DNA of 64,000 bases, taken from an uncultured Alphaproteobacteria bacterium. Its GTDB lineage: Bacteria; Pseudomonadota; Alphaproteobacteria; UBA8366. Location: assembly GCA_963711215.1 (NCBI GenBank), contig CAVQDH010000006.1:176737-240736 (forward strand), written 5' to 3'. The position numbers and the translations under genes were made by a program. The notes under the pieces are model-generated. The model was not told the origin of the DNA and did not search any database. It saw nothing but the letters and a program-made list of their open reading frames with translations. Below are positions 11,806-21,510 of the stretch, one piece after another (position 1 is the stretch's first letter; every line of letters starts with the position of its first letter).

Positions 11806-13456
11806 ATGTCGCAATCGGACCTTACCACGGCGGCGCGCCTTGAATATTTGAAGATCGATCAAGAGACGCGCGGCCTGCTGCGGGATTTCCTGCCGGTTCT
11901 CGACGGAAATCTCCAAAGCATCTTGGACGCGTTCTACGAGCACATCACGCAATGGCCGGATCTGAAAACGCTCGTCGGTGACGAGAAAAAGATCGGGATG
12001 CTCAAAGGAGCGCAAAAGCAGCATTGGAACACGCTGTTCAGCGGCCAGTTCGACGAGGATTATTTTCGTCGCTCGACCCTGATCGGCCAGGCGCATGAGC
12101 GCATCGGGCTGCTGCCGCGCTGGTATATGGGCGGTTACCTGTTCACGTTGATGCGCATCACGGAAATCCTGGCCAAGCAATATCGCAAGAAGCCCGAGCA
12201 GATGGTCAAGGTCATGCAGGCGGTGCTGAAGGCGGTGTTTCTCGACATGGATCTCGCGGTCACGGTTTACATCGACGCCGGCGCCGAGAACGTCGCCAAG
12301 GAAACGCAGAAGCTTGCCGACCTGCTCGAAAAGGAAGTGCATTCCGCGGTCGAGGCGGTCTCGCACAATAGCGACGAGCTGCGGGCGTCGGCGGAGAAGG
12401 TCAATGGCGCGATCCAGCGCGTCAGCCAGAGCTCGACCGCCGTCGCGTCGGCGTCCGAGCAGGCGTCCGCGAATGTCGAGACGGTCGCCGCGGCCTCGGA
12501 AGAGCTCGCATCCTCCGTCGGCGAGGTCGGGCGCCAGATGCGGCAATCGCAGGATATCACCGTCAAGGCTGTCGACGAGGCGACCCGGACCAGCGAAGTG
12601 GTCGCGGGTCTGGCGGAGCGCGCCAACGAGATCGGCGAGATCGTGAAGCTCATCTCGGATATTGCCGCGCAAACCAACCTATTGGCCCTCAATGCGACGA
12701 TCGAGGCGGCGCGTGCCGGCGAAGCGGGCAAGGGCTTCGCCGTGGTGGCGGCCGAGGTGAAGAGTCTCGCCAACGAAACCGGTAAGGCCACCGAGCAGAT
12801 CAGCAATCAAGTCACCGGGATCCAGGAAGCGACCAAGAACGCCGTGGCCGCCATCAAGAACATCAGCGACGTCATTGGCGATATCGAGACGATATCCGCC
12901 ACGATCGTGCATGCCGTCGAGCAACAGGGCGAGGCGACGAGCGAGATCAGCCGCAATGTGCAGGAAGCCGCCGTCGGCACGCAGGACGTCTCCACCAATA
13001 TCGTGAAGGTCGCCGAGGAGTCGTCGAACGTCGGTACGATGGCGACCGGGATGCAGAATGTTTCGCAGGAAATGTCGAAATCCGTCCAGGAGCTCACGCG
13101 GCGGGTCCAGGAGATTCTCGACCGCCTCCGCAATCGCCGGAGCGGCGAACGCCGTCAGGTGCCGCCTCGGATCGAGCCGATCACGCAGCAGAATGCATCG
13201 ATCCATCTGCATGGCAGTTGGCAGGACGTGCCGCTGTTCCAGATCGGGCCGGGCGGGGCCATGATCAACGAAGAAGTCGAAGCCCGAACGGGCGAGCGAA
13301 TCCAGATCCGCGGCAAATTCCTGGATACGGCCGATCGAAGCCGTCGTGGAGGGACATCGCGATGGAAAGACCCGTCTGCGCTTCGAAATCAACGATGCCC
13401 AGAAGGAAAAGATCATCGGCCACATCATAGACTATCATCATTCGAAGGCGGCCTGA
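11806..13456 (+). pseudogene. Soluble globin-coupled methyl-accepting chemotaxis protein with a C-terminal PilZ-like domain, frameshifted near 13328
   Basis: N-terminal protoglobin/HemAT-like sensor (FYEHI..., [10 protein letters not shown]). MCP hairpin core [37 protein letters not shown]. No TM segments. The tail has RRSGERRQ...(about 30 aa)...QIGPGG. The last ~40 codons ([41 protein letters not shown]) are in another frame and end at TGA 13454-13456. Confidence 0.8.
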
Positions 13457-13637
13457 GGCCGGCTCGGGAGCACCGGTCCGAGCACCGGCGCTCCGGCATA
13501 CATGACGATTCAAGCGGACGGCGCGCAGGCATGGGCTTGCGCGCCGCTTTCGCTGCGCGATTTTGCCGCCGGACAAAGGCAGGCTATGGTTAGGGCAGGT
13601 TACCTAGGTTCCGCCGTCTCGCCGCGAAAGGTCGACC

Positions 13638-14587
13638 ATGCCCGACAGCCCCGATACGAACCGATTGCACCCGGAAATGCAGGCCCTGATCGACGCCAAG
13701 GCGGACCTGCCACCGGGAAACACGATCGAAGAGATGCGCGACAACTGGAATGTTTATGCCGCGCGCATGCGCCGCCCGCATCCCGCCGACATGACGGTGA
13801 CGGACGGCGGGGTGGCCGGGAAGGGCGGGACGATCCCCATTCGCATCTATCGCCCGGCCGCGGCGTCCGACCGCGCGTCCAGCGTCCTCTATTTCCATGG
13901 CGGCGGCTTCATGAAGGGCGACCTCGACAGCTCCGATACGGTCGCCTGGGGCCTGGCTCAGGAAACGGGCGCCGTCGTGGTGAGCGTGGACTACCGCCTC
14001 GCGCCGGAGCACACCTATCCGGCGGCCTTCGATGACTGTTTCTCGGTGCTGGCGGATGTCGGTGACGGCGCCGGCCGCTACGGCGTGGACCCGGCGCGGA
14101 TCGCGGTTTGCGGCGACAGCGCGGGCGGCAACCTCGCGGCCGCGGTTTCGCTCGCGGCGCGGGACCGCGGCGGTCCGGCCATTGCGGCGCAAGTGCTGAT
14201 CTACCCCTGTCTGACCGACGATCTGAAGCATGCCAGCTATCGCACGCATGCCGAGACGCCGGGCCTGACGACAGCCTCGATGGGGTCGTATTGGCAATGG
14301 TATCTCGGGGCAGCCGGCACGCCGAGCAAGGATCCCTATGCGGTGCCGCTCAAGGCCGAGAAGCTTTCGGGCTTGCCGCGCGACCCTCGTGCATGTCGCC
14401 GAGATCGATCCGCTGTTCGACGATGGCCGGCTCTATGCGGAGCGGCTCAAAGCCGCGGGCGTTCCGACGGAATACCGCTGCGCCAAGGGCATGCTCCATG
14501 GCTTCATGCGCGCGCGCCTGCTCGGGCCCTGATTCGGCGGCCGAGTTCGGCGCGATATGCGCCTTCTTGCGGCGCTGCCTCGGCTGA
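13638..14587 (+). pseudogene. Alpha/beta hydrolase, hormone-sensitive-lipase-family esterase, with two frameshifts (near 14380 and 14525)
   Basis: HGGGF oxyanion motif and the GDSAGG nucleophile elbow lie in ORF 13638... The protein continues as [15 protein letters not shown]...GMLHGF in ORF 14338..14532. The tail DSAAEFGAICAFLRRCLG* is in the third frame. Confidence 0.75.
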
Positions 14588-14826
14588 GGTGCGATAAGAG
14601 CCGATGCGGCATTCATCGGCTTGTCGGTGGCGACGGCGTGGTTGTCGGCCATGGCGTGTGCCGCAAGCGTGATTTACCGTTCGCCCGATTGCAACTCTGG
14701 GTGATTAAAGTCTGAGCTAGGCCGATAGGTCCGCGTGTGAAATGATTGCAAAAGGGTGAAGTCAAGGACATACTCGCCGTCGTCAAACAAAAATGAACGC
14801 AGCGTAGAAAAATCGTGTAAGAAAAA

Positions 14827-15477
14827 ATGAACGTGCTGCTGGCAGATAATTCGAACGAGTCCGCCTGCGGGTGCGAGGCGCTTCTCCACGAGCTGGATAT
14901 CGACGCAACGATCCATCGTGCGATGTCGTTGGTCGAAGCGCTGACGCTGGTTAAGGATATCCCGGAGCTCGATCTGATCGTTTGGCATGCAGGCGTGCAG
15001 ACGGACCAGAAATTCAGCCGTCTGCGAAGCTTGGCGGACTTGGCGATGGGTGTGCCGATTATTGTTCTCGCCAAGGAATTGAGCCCGGCACAGCTCGGGA
15101 TGGCAATTCGCGCCGGCGTCAACGGTTACATTGCGCTTCCCGTGCGCCGGCCGCTGATCATCGAGATTCTTCGCTTGATTCTATCCGGCGGCGTTTATTT
15201 CCCGGCATCGATGCTGATCGACCGCTTGCGCGAGGACGACACACCGGCGACAGGCTGCGTTGCGCCGGCGGACACGCCGCGGGAGCTCACACGGCGCCAG
15301 AAGGACGTGCTCGGATTGTTGGTCGATGGCCGGACGAACCGGGAAATTGCCGACTCGCTGGGTATTGCCGAAGCGACGGCCAAACTGCACGTCTCGGCAC
15401 TGCTTCGCGCAATGAACGTGCGCAGTCGGGACGAAGCTGTCCGTCAGGCGCGCCCTGACGGTTTCGCCATGGATTGA
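14827..15477 (+). CDS. LuxR/FixJ-type regulator with a degenerate (pseudo-)receiver domain
   Basis: C-terminal HTH LTRRQKDVLGLLVDGRTNREIADSLGIAEATAKLHVSALLRAM. N-terminal REC-like fold, but DLIVWH sits where the phospho-Asp is expected and GYIALP where the conserved Lys is expected. Confidence 0.75.
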   Translation: MNVLLADNSNESACGCEALLHELDIDATIHRAMSLVEALTLVKDIPELDLIVWHAGVQTDQKFSRLRSLADLAMGVPIIVLAKELSPAQLGMAIRAGVNGYIALPVRRPLIIEILRLILSGGVYFPASMLIDRLREDDTPATGCVAPADTPRELTRRQKDVLGLLVDGRTNREIADSLGIAEATAKLHVSALLRAMNVRSRDEAVRQARPDGFAMD

Positions 15478-15578
15478 TCGGGTTGGAGCTTTACCGCGCA
15501 TCACGGGCGGCAGTCCTGGGCGATTGCCTGTTCGGGCGAGGTTCAAAGCAAAAAAGACGAGGGGCATGAGGCAGCGCC

Positions 15579-16325
15579 GTGCGTTCGTTAGTTATTGATC
15601 CCGATCCGGAACTGGCCGAGGCGGATGCGCGTCTCTTGAAGTCCATCTCCGCCTCCATGGAGATTGAAACGATCTCCGAATTGCGCGTCGCGCGAAAGCG
15701 GACACAGCGTCCTGCCGACGTCGATTTTGTCGTCTATGCGATCCGCAGCGGGCAGTTCTGCTGCTATTCCTTGATCGAGGCGCTGTGCCATTGGGCGATC
15801 GGCGTGCCGGTCGCCGTACTTTCCTTGTCGGACAGCCCCGAGGAGATGTTGGAAGTCCGGCGGCGCGGCGCTGCCGGGTATGTGCCGCTCAGCCTCCGCA
15901 GAGAAATATTGACCAATGTGTTCCGCGTTCTCCTGACGGGCGGCGAATATTTCCCGGTCTGGCGCTATCTGAAGGACCTGGACGAAGCGATCAATATCGC
16001 GAATTCCCAATCCGCCGTGGAGCTTGTTGGTCAGCTCACGCCCCGGCAGCGCGAGGTCCTGGAGCACCTCGCGCAGGGCCTCAGCAACAATCAGATCGCC
16101 GAGGCTCTGCAAATGTCGTCCGGCACCATCCGCACGCACGTGGCGGCGGTCCTGCGCGTGCTTGGCGTGCGGAACCGTCTACAGGCGACGAAGCTGTACC
16201 TCAAAGTGGCGCGGAAGCACAGAGCAACCTGCGTCCTAATGGACGCAGATAAGTTGCTCTATCTTTTTAGAATTGATCAATTTATCTGCAATCAGGTGAT
16301 TTCACCTGATTGCAGATTGATCTAG
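15579..16325 (+). CDS. LuxR/FixJ-type regulator with a degenerate (pseudo-)receiver domain; the 3' end runs into a REP-like element
   Basis: GTG start. HTH LTPRQREVLEHLAQGLSNNQIAEALQMSSGTIRTHVAAVLRVL. DFVVYA replaces the phospho-Asp position. The last ~30 codons and the stop lie inside repeat 16221-16323. Confidence 0.7.
   Translation: MRSLVIDPDPELAEADARLLKSISASMEIETISELRVARKRTQRPADVDFVVYAIRSGQFCCYSLIEALCHWAIGVPVAVLSLSDSPEEMLEVRRRGAAGYVPLSLRREILTNVFRVLLTGGEYFPVWRYLKDLDEAINIANSQSAVELVGQLTPRQREVLEHLAQGLSNNQIAEALQMSSGTIRTHVAAVLRVLGVRNRLQATKLYLKVARKHRATCVLMDADKLLYLFRIDQFICNQVISPDCRLI
16221..16323 (+). repeat. REP/MITE-like intergenic element, copy A (two tandem hairpins)
   Basis: First hairpin: agagcaac-ctgcgtcc-taat-ggacgcag-ataa-gttgctct. 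Second hairpin: 16-bp perfect stem atctgcaatcaggtga-tt-tcacctgattgcagat. Collinear with copy B at 43985-44087. Confidence 0.85.
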
Positions 16326-16347
16326 GCTTCGGCGCAACTCGGTCGTC

Positions 16348-16992
16348 TCAGAAGCGATAGCCAATGCCCACGCCGACGATCCACGGATCGATATCGACGT
16401 TGGCTTTGATCGCGCCGTTGTTGATGTTGACGTCGGTATTGAGGAACAGCTTCTTGATGTCGAGGTTCAAAAGCCAATGGTCGGTCAGCGAGTAGTCGAC
16501 GCCGGCCTGCATGGCCCAGCCGAAGGAATTGTCGTAGCTGATATGCGTAACCGTGCCCCCCGGCGCGTCTTCGTTGAAGAAGACGGTGTAGTTGACGCCG
16601 GCGCCGACATAGGGCTTCCACTTCCCGATCGGGTGATGGTACTGCAGCAGCACCGTCGGCGGCAGCAGCCAGACGCTGCCGAGGTCGACGTTGCCGAGCG
16701 ACGTGTTCGTCGCCTTGACGTCATGCGGCGTGATCGCGGCGATCGCCTCCACCGCGATGTTCTTGGTGAAGAACCAAGTCAGATCGAGTTCCGGCACGTA
16801 GGCGTTGCTGATGTCGACATCGCCGCCGATCGAGGAGATGTCAGCGCTTTCCTGCGGAACGACTGCGATGAACCGGCCCCGGACAAGAAGGCCCTTGAGC
16901 GCCGATTCGGCTTCTGCGGCTTGGACGGTGGTCTGTTGTGACAATAAGGCGCCGAAACAGGCGACGGCGAAAAGAAGATTACGAAAGTGCAT
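16348..16992 (-). CDS. ompW: OmpW-family outer-membrane protein
   Basis: Starts MHFRNLLFAVACFGALLSQQTTVQA (signal peptide). Beta-barrel pattern with the terminal ...VGVGIGYRF. Confidence 0.85.
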   Translation of the reverse strand: MHFRNLLFAVACFGALLSQQTTVQAAEAESALKGLLVRGRFIAVVPQESADISSIGGDVDISNAYVPELDLTWFFTKNIAVEAIAAITPHDVKATNTSLGNVDLGSVWLLPPTVLLQYHHPIGKWKPYVGAGVNYTVFFNEDAPGGTVTHISYDNSFGWAMQAGVDYSLTDHWLLNLDIKKLFLNTDVNINNGAIKANVDIDPWIVGVGIGYRF

Positions 16993-17151
16993 TCCCCCAA
17001 CTCCCCCATGAAATAGGCGGACAAATACCATAAGTTGTCCCACGATGAAAATTTGCACGCATATTGTGCAAAAACGGGGAATAAGTCATTGATGTGAATC
17101 AAAATGAGTGGCTGCGGGCGCTGTTTTGTCGCACCCGGGTAGTGCGGCGGG

Positions 17152-17730
17152 TCAGCGCAGGGCGCGGCGCTTGATCAGGGGCAGCAATTCACGGAATACC
17201 GGGGTGTCGCCGCGTTCGAGCCACTCGAAAACCACCATTTCCGTCGTGACGAGCGGGCATTCGGCGTGCCGCATGCGCTCCAGCGAGGGTGGCTCGGAAG
17301 CCTCGGCATCGTCGGCAATGGCGTCGATGACGGCATAGGCCGTGCAGCCGTCGTCGGTCGGGGACAGCCGCGCAATCAAAGGCTGGACGATTGGTAGCGA
17401 GCCGACGAAGAGCGCGTGCTTGCGGCCGAGCCGCCGCATCATATCGGGCAGACCCTCGATATTGCAGTCACGCGTCGCAAAACCCGGCACGGACCGTGAG
17501 TCCGATGGCGGCGGGCTGAGCCGGAAGGACAGGCTTTCGATCGGGTCCGCATCGCCATGCGCCATGAAGAGCGGCACATCGAGGCGCTGCGCGGCCGTTG
17601 TCAGCAGCGCGATATTGGCAAGCAGCCAATCGGGGCAGGGCGTGTCGGCGTGGCCTTCCTTCACGAAGCTGGTAACAACGAGGCAAGATCTTGCGGCCTT
17701 GAGGCGCACGGTCGGATCCTGTTGGTGCAT
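17152..17730 (-). CDS. Isochorismatase-family (cysteine hydrolase) protein
   Basis: 192-aa ORF with an isochorismatase-like layout (SCLVVT..., ...TAYAVIDAIADD). I am less certain of this family assignment than of the others. Confidence 0.55.
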   Translation of the reverse strand: MHQQDPTVRLKAARSCLVVTSFVKEGHADTPCPDWLLANIALLTTAAQRLDVPLFMAHGDADPIESLSFRLSPPPSDSRSVPGFATRDCNIEGLPDMMRRLGRKHALFVGSLPIVQPLIARLSPTDDGCTAYAVIDAIADDAEASEPPSLERMRHAECPLVTTEMVVFEWLERGDTPVFRELLPLIKRRALR

Positions 17731-17794
17731 GGATTTCTCGTTCGGGCGAGAAGATAGCGAATCATGACGCGCTTGTCGCCCCGGAAGCCCGCGG

Positions 17795-17830
17795 CAAAAA
17801 ATCGGGGGCCGTATCGTGACGGCCCCCGAT
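17795..17830 (-). terminator. Rho-independent terminator downstream of the acyl-CoA synthetase gene
   Basis: 12-bp GC-rich stem atcgggggccgt/acggcccccgat (17801-17830). On the minus strand it is followed by TTTTTT (17796-17801). Confidence 0.8.
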
Positions 17831-17855
17831 ATTCCGATCGCCGATGCCGGTTCGG

Positions 17856-19991
17856 TCAGAGCAACCCGGCGGAGCGCGCCCAGCGATATTTCGCGCCCAG
17901 CACGTTGACCGGCAGTTCCGTCGTATACGGGTAGGCGACGATGTCGCGGTCGTAGAGATATTCCGACGCTTCTTCGACCTGCGTATCGCCGACCAGCGAT
18001 GCGACGACGGGCTTGTTGATGCCTTTCTTGCGCGCTTCCTCGACGACCTTCGCGGTCAGCTCGGCGAAGACCATCGGCGGCGTCACGATGGTATGCCAGT
18101 AGCCGAGGATCAGCGCGTGAATGCGGTCGTCCTCGAGGCCGAGCTTGATCGTGTTGGCGTAGGTCGAGGGCGGCTCGCCGCCGGTGATGTCGACCGGATT
18201 GCCCGCCGCGCCGAAAGGCGGAATGAACTTGCGGAAGGCGGCATCCAGATCTTTCGGCATGCGCATCAGTTGAAGGCCGTTATCGACGCAGGCATCCGAC
18301 AGCAGCACGCCCGAGCCGCCGGCGCCCGTGATGATCACGACGTTCTCGCCCTTCGGCGTCGGCAGTTTCGGCAGGCCGCGCGCGAACTGCAGCATGTCGT
18401 TGAGCGTGCGGGCGCGGATCACGCCCGACTGCTTCAGCACGTCCTCGTAGATCTTGTCGTTGCCCGCAAGCGCGCCCGTATGCGAGGCGGCGGCGCGGGC
18501 GCCCATCGCCGTGCGCCCCGCCTTGAGCACGATGATCGGCTTGTTCTTCGAGACCCGCTTGGCCACCGTGGCGAAGGAGCGGCCGTCCTTGAGATCTTCC
18601 AGATGCATCGCCATCACCTGGGTGTTCGGGTCCTGCTCGAAATACGTCAGCAGGTCGTCTTCATCGAGGTCCGATTTGTTGCCGAGGCCGACGATGGCCG
18701 AGACGCCCATCTTGGTCGAACGGCTGAAGCCGATGATCGACATGCCGACGCCGCCGCTCTGCGACGAGAGCGCGACCTTGCCCTTGACGTCGTATGGCGT
18801 GCAGAAGGTCGCGCAGAGGTTCCTCGGCGTGTAGTAGAAGCCATAGATGTTCGGCCCCATGACCCGCACATTGTATTTGCGGGCGACCGCCAGCATCTGG
18901 TTCTGCAGCTCGACCTCGCCGGTCTCCGCGAAACCGGACGGGATCATCACCGCGCCCGGAACTTTCTTCTGGCCGACTTCCTCGAGCGCCGCGGTGACGA
19001 ACTTCGCCGGGATGGCGAAGACGGCGACGTCGACCGTGCCCGGGATGTCCTTCACGCTCTTGAAGCATTTGTAGCCGAGCACTTCTTCGGCGCGCGGATT
19101 GATCGGATAGATCTTTCCCTTATAGCCGCCGTTGATCAGATTCTTCATGACCGAGTTGCCGATCTTGCCGTCTTCGGCCGATGCGCCGATGACCGCGACG
19201 GAATCCGGATTCATGATGCGCTTCATGGACGCCAGGATGGCTTGCTGCGACGGGCGGAAGGGCGCGGGCTTCGGCTTGAGGTCGAGGAGAATGCGCACGT
19301 CGACAGCCGTCGCGCCCTTCTTGCGCGCGAAGATCGGGTTGAGGTCCATCTCCGCGATCGCCGGGAAGTCGGAAACCAGCTTCGACACGTTCTGGATGAT
19401 CGTGGCGAGCGCCTGACGGTCGACCGGGTCGGCGCCACGGACGCCCTTCAGGATCTCGGCGCCCTGGATGCCCTGCAGCATGGACATCGCGTCCTTCTTC
19501 GTCGCCGGTGCGAGGCGGAAGGTGATGTCCTTCATGACCTCGACCAGAATGCCGCCGAGGCCGAAGGCGACCAGCTTGCCGAAGCTGGGATCGGTGACCG
19601 CGCCGACCAGGACTTCCTGCGCGCCCTGCGACGACAGCATTTTCTGGACCTGAACGCCGTCGATGCGCGCCTTCTTGTTATAGGCCTTGGCGTTCTTGAG
19701 GATCGTGTTGTACGCCTTCTTGGCCTCGGCGGCGCTGTTCACGCCGACGATGACGCCGCCGGCGTCGGTCTTGTGCAGGATATCGCCTGACTGGATCTTC
19801 ATGACGACGGGAAAGCCGAGCCGCTTCGCCAGGCTCGCCGCCTTGTCGCCCGAGGTCGCCAGGCCGTCGCGCGGCAAGGGGATGCCGTAGGCCGCGCAGA
19901 TCTTCTTGCATTCATCGGCGGTCAGCGCGCTGCGCTTCGCCTTGATCGCCTTTTCGATAACCGCTTTGACAGCATTCTTGTTTATTGCCAT
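17856..19991 (-). CDS. ADP-forming (NDP-forming) acyl-CoA synthetase, fused ATP-grasp plus CoA-binding/ligase domains
   Basis: 711 aa. N-terminal ATP-grasp region, then CoA-binding VAVIGAS...GKIG and the phospho-histidine loop AASHTGALAG. GGAGGAGG RBS. Confidence 0.8.
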   Translation of the reverse strand: MAINKNAVKAVIEKAIKAKRSALTADECKKICAAYGIPLPRDGLATSGDKAASLAKRLGFPVVMKIQSGDILHKTDAGGVIVGVNSAAEAKKAYNTILKNAKAYNKKARIDGVQVQKMLSSQGAQEVLVGAVTDPSFGKLVAFGLGGILVEVMKDITFRLAPATKKDAMSMLQGIQGAEILKGVRGADPVDRQALATIIQNVSKLVSDFPAIAEMDLNPIFARKKGATAVDVRILLDLKPKPAPFRPSQQAILASMKRIMNPDSVAVIGASAEDGKIGNSVMKNLINGGYKGKIYPINPRAEEVLGYKCFKSVKDIPGTVDVAVFAIPAKFVTAALEEVGQKKVPGAVMIPSGFAETGEVELQNQMLAVARKYNVRVMGPNIYGFYYTPRNLCATFCTPYDVKGKVALSSQSGGVGMSIIGFSRSTKMGVSAIVGLGNKSDLDEDDLLTYFEQDPNTQVMAMHLEDLKDGRSFATVAKRVSKNKPIIVLKAGRTAMGARAAASHTGALAGNDKIYEDVLKQSGVIRARTLNDMLQFARGLPKLPTPKGENVVIITGAGGSGVLLSDACVDNGLQLMRMPKDLDAAFRKFIPPFGAAGNPVDITGGEPPSTYANTIKLGLEDDRIHALILGYWHTIVTPPMVFAELTAKVVEEARKKGINKPVVASLVGDTQVEEASEYLYDRDIVAYPYTTELPVNVLGAKYRWARSAGLL

Positions 19992-20212
19992 GGCCTCCTC
20001 CCTGAGGTGATATCTGGCTGAAACCGTCGCGTGCCGGAGCGCCCGTCGATGGCGCGGAATTGAGATAGCGCGGTATATGTTACCCGAAATTCCGTATCGT
20101 TCCTTTTCGGCTGGTTGGCCGCGCCTGCGCTGTGGTGTTTTGCCGGCAAGCGATCGTGCAACGCCGCTTTCCGATTACTCCGAGCGGTATTCCAATTGTG
20201 TCCCGTTATCGG

Positions 20213-21467
20213 CTAATCCCCCACCGCGCCCGATTTGACCACGCGATCGAGCTCATCGCCCGAATAGCCGAGCACCTCCTGCAAGATCTCCATGGTATGC
20301 TCGCCCAGCAACGGTGAGCGCTTGACGTCCACGGGACTGTCGGAAAGCTTGATCGGGCAGCCGACGGTGAGGTAGGGCCCGCGTTCCGGGTGATCGACTT
20401 CCACGATCGTGCCGGTCTCGCGCAGCGACGGCTCCTCGGCGATTTCCTTCATCGACAGGATCGGGCCGCAGGGAATGTCGAGCGGATTGCACGCGTCCAT
20501 GACCTCGAACTTGGTCCATGGTCTTCGTCCATTCCTCGATCCGGTCAAAAATCTGCGGGATCTTGTCGAGGCGCGCATTCGGCGTGGCATAGGCGGGATC
20601 GTCCTTCCAGCCGGGCTCGCCGATGAGATCGCAGATCTTCTTCCAGACCGCGGCCTGCGTGATGAAATAGACGTAGGCATTCGGATCGGTTTCCCAGCCT
20701 TTGCACTTGAGAATCCAGCCCGGCTGACCGCCGCCGGAATCGTTGCCGGCGCGCGGCGTCGCGTCGCCGAACGGGATGCCTTGGCCGTGTTGGCTGTATT
20801 CCGTCAGCGGGCCGCGCTGCAGCCGCTGCTGGTCGCGCAACTTGACGCGGCAGAGATTGAGAACGCCATCCTGCATCGGCGCGAGCACCTTCTGGCCCTG
20901 GCCGCTTGTCTCGCGTTGGAACAACGCGGTCACGATCCCCAGCGCGAGGTGGAGCCCGGTGCCGCTGTCGCCGATCTGCGCGCCGGTGACCAGCGGCGGC
21001 CCGTCGAGGAAGCCTGTCGTCGAGGCCGCGCCGCCGGTGCATTGCGCAATGTTCTCATAGACCTTGCAGTCCTCGTAGGGACCGGGGCCGAAGCCTTTGA
21101 CCGATGCCAGGATCATGCGCGGGTTGAGCTCGTGGATACGCTCCCAGCTGAATCCCATTCGATCCAAGGCGCCGGGCGCGAAGTTCTCGACCATGACGTC
21201 GCATTCTTTGACCAGTCTTTCAAGGACCGCCTTGCCCGTCTCGTTCTTGGTGTTGAGCGTGATGGAGCGCTTGTTGTGGTTGAGCATCGTGAAGTACAGC
21301 GAGTCCGCGCCCGGCACGTCGACGAGCTGTTTCCGTGTCGCGTCGCCGACGCCGGGACGTTCGACCTTGATGACGTCCGCGCCCAGCCAGGCGAGAAGCT
21401 GCGTGCATGTCGGGCCCGACTGCACATGGGTGAAATCCAGAATTTTTACGCCTTCGAGCGCTTTCAT
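20213..21467 (-). pseudogene. frc: Formyl-CoA:oxalate CoA-transferase, frameshifted near 20515
   Basis: Starts [42 protein letters not shown]..., the family III CoA-transferase/Frc signature. ORF 20253..21467 runs to ...IEEWTKTM. It continues as [30 protein letters not shown]... in ORF 20213..20680. Confidence 0.85.
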
Positions 21468-21510
21468 GGCGGGCTCCTATCGGGCTGGCGTTGAATGCGG
21501 AGGGTTTGAA

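Noticed and set aside
13518-13545. Hairpin ggcgcgca...tgcgcgcc after the chemoreceptor gene as a terminator. A similar 8-bp hairpin lies at 14601-14623 after the esterase gene.
   Set aside because: The stems are present, but neither is followed by a convincing U-tract. They are too weak to annotate.
17844-19790. 648-aa plus-strand ORF, and similar long ORFs at 24203..26371 (+), 29027..31843 (-), 27720..29219 (-), 36720..38819 (+), 40879..42573 (+), 6760..8106 (-), 57755..59077 (+), 21995..23275 (+), 45246..46361 (+), 48393..49637 (+) and 52224..53318 (+).
   Set aside because: Each is antisense to a gene with unmistakable family signatures (acyl-CoA synthetase, tctA, fdsA, fdsB, copA, coxL, ABC permeases, RTX protein, oxc, RND, MFP, CoA-transferase). 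Their translations are Arg/Ala/Gly/Asp/His-rich low-complexity sequence, typical of shadow frames in GC-rich DNA.
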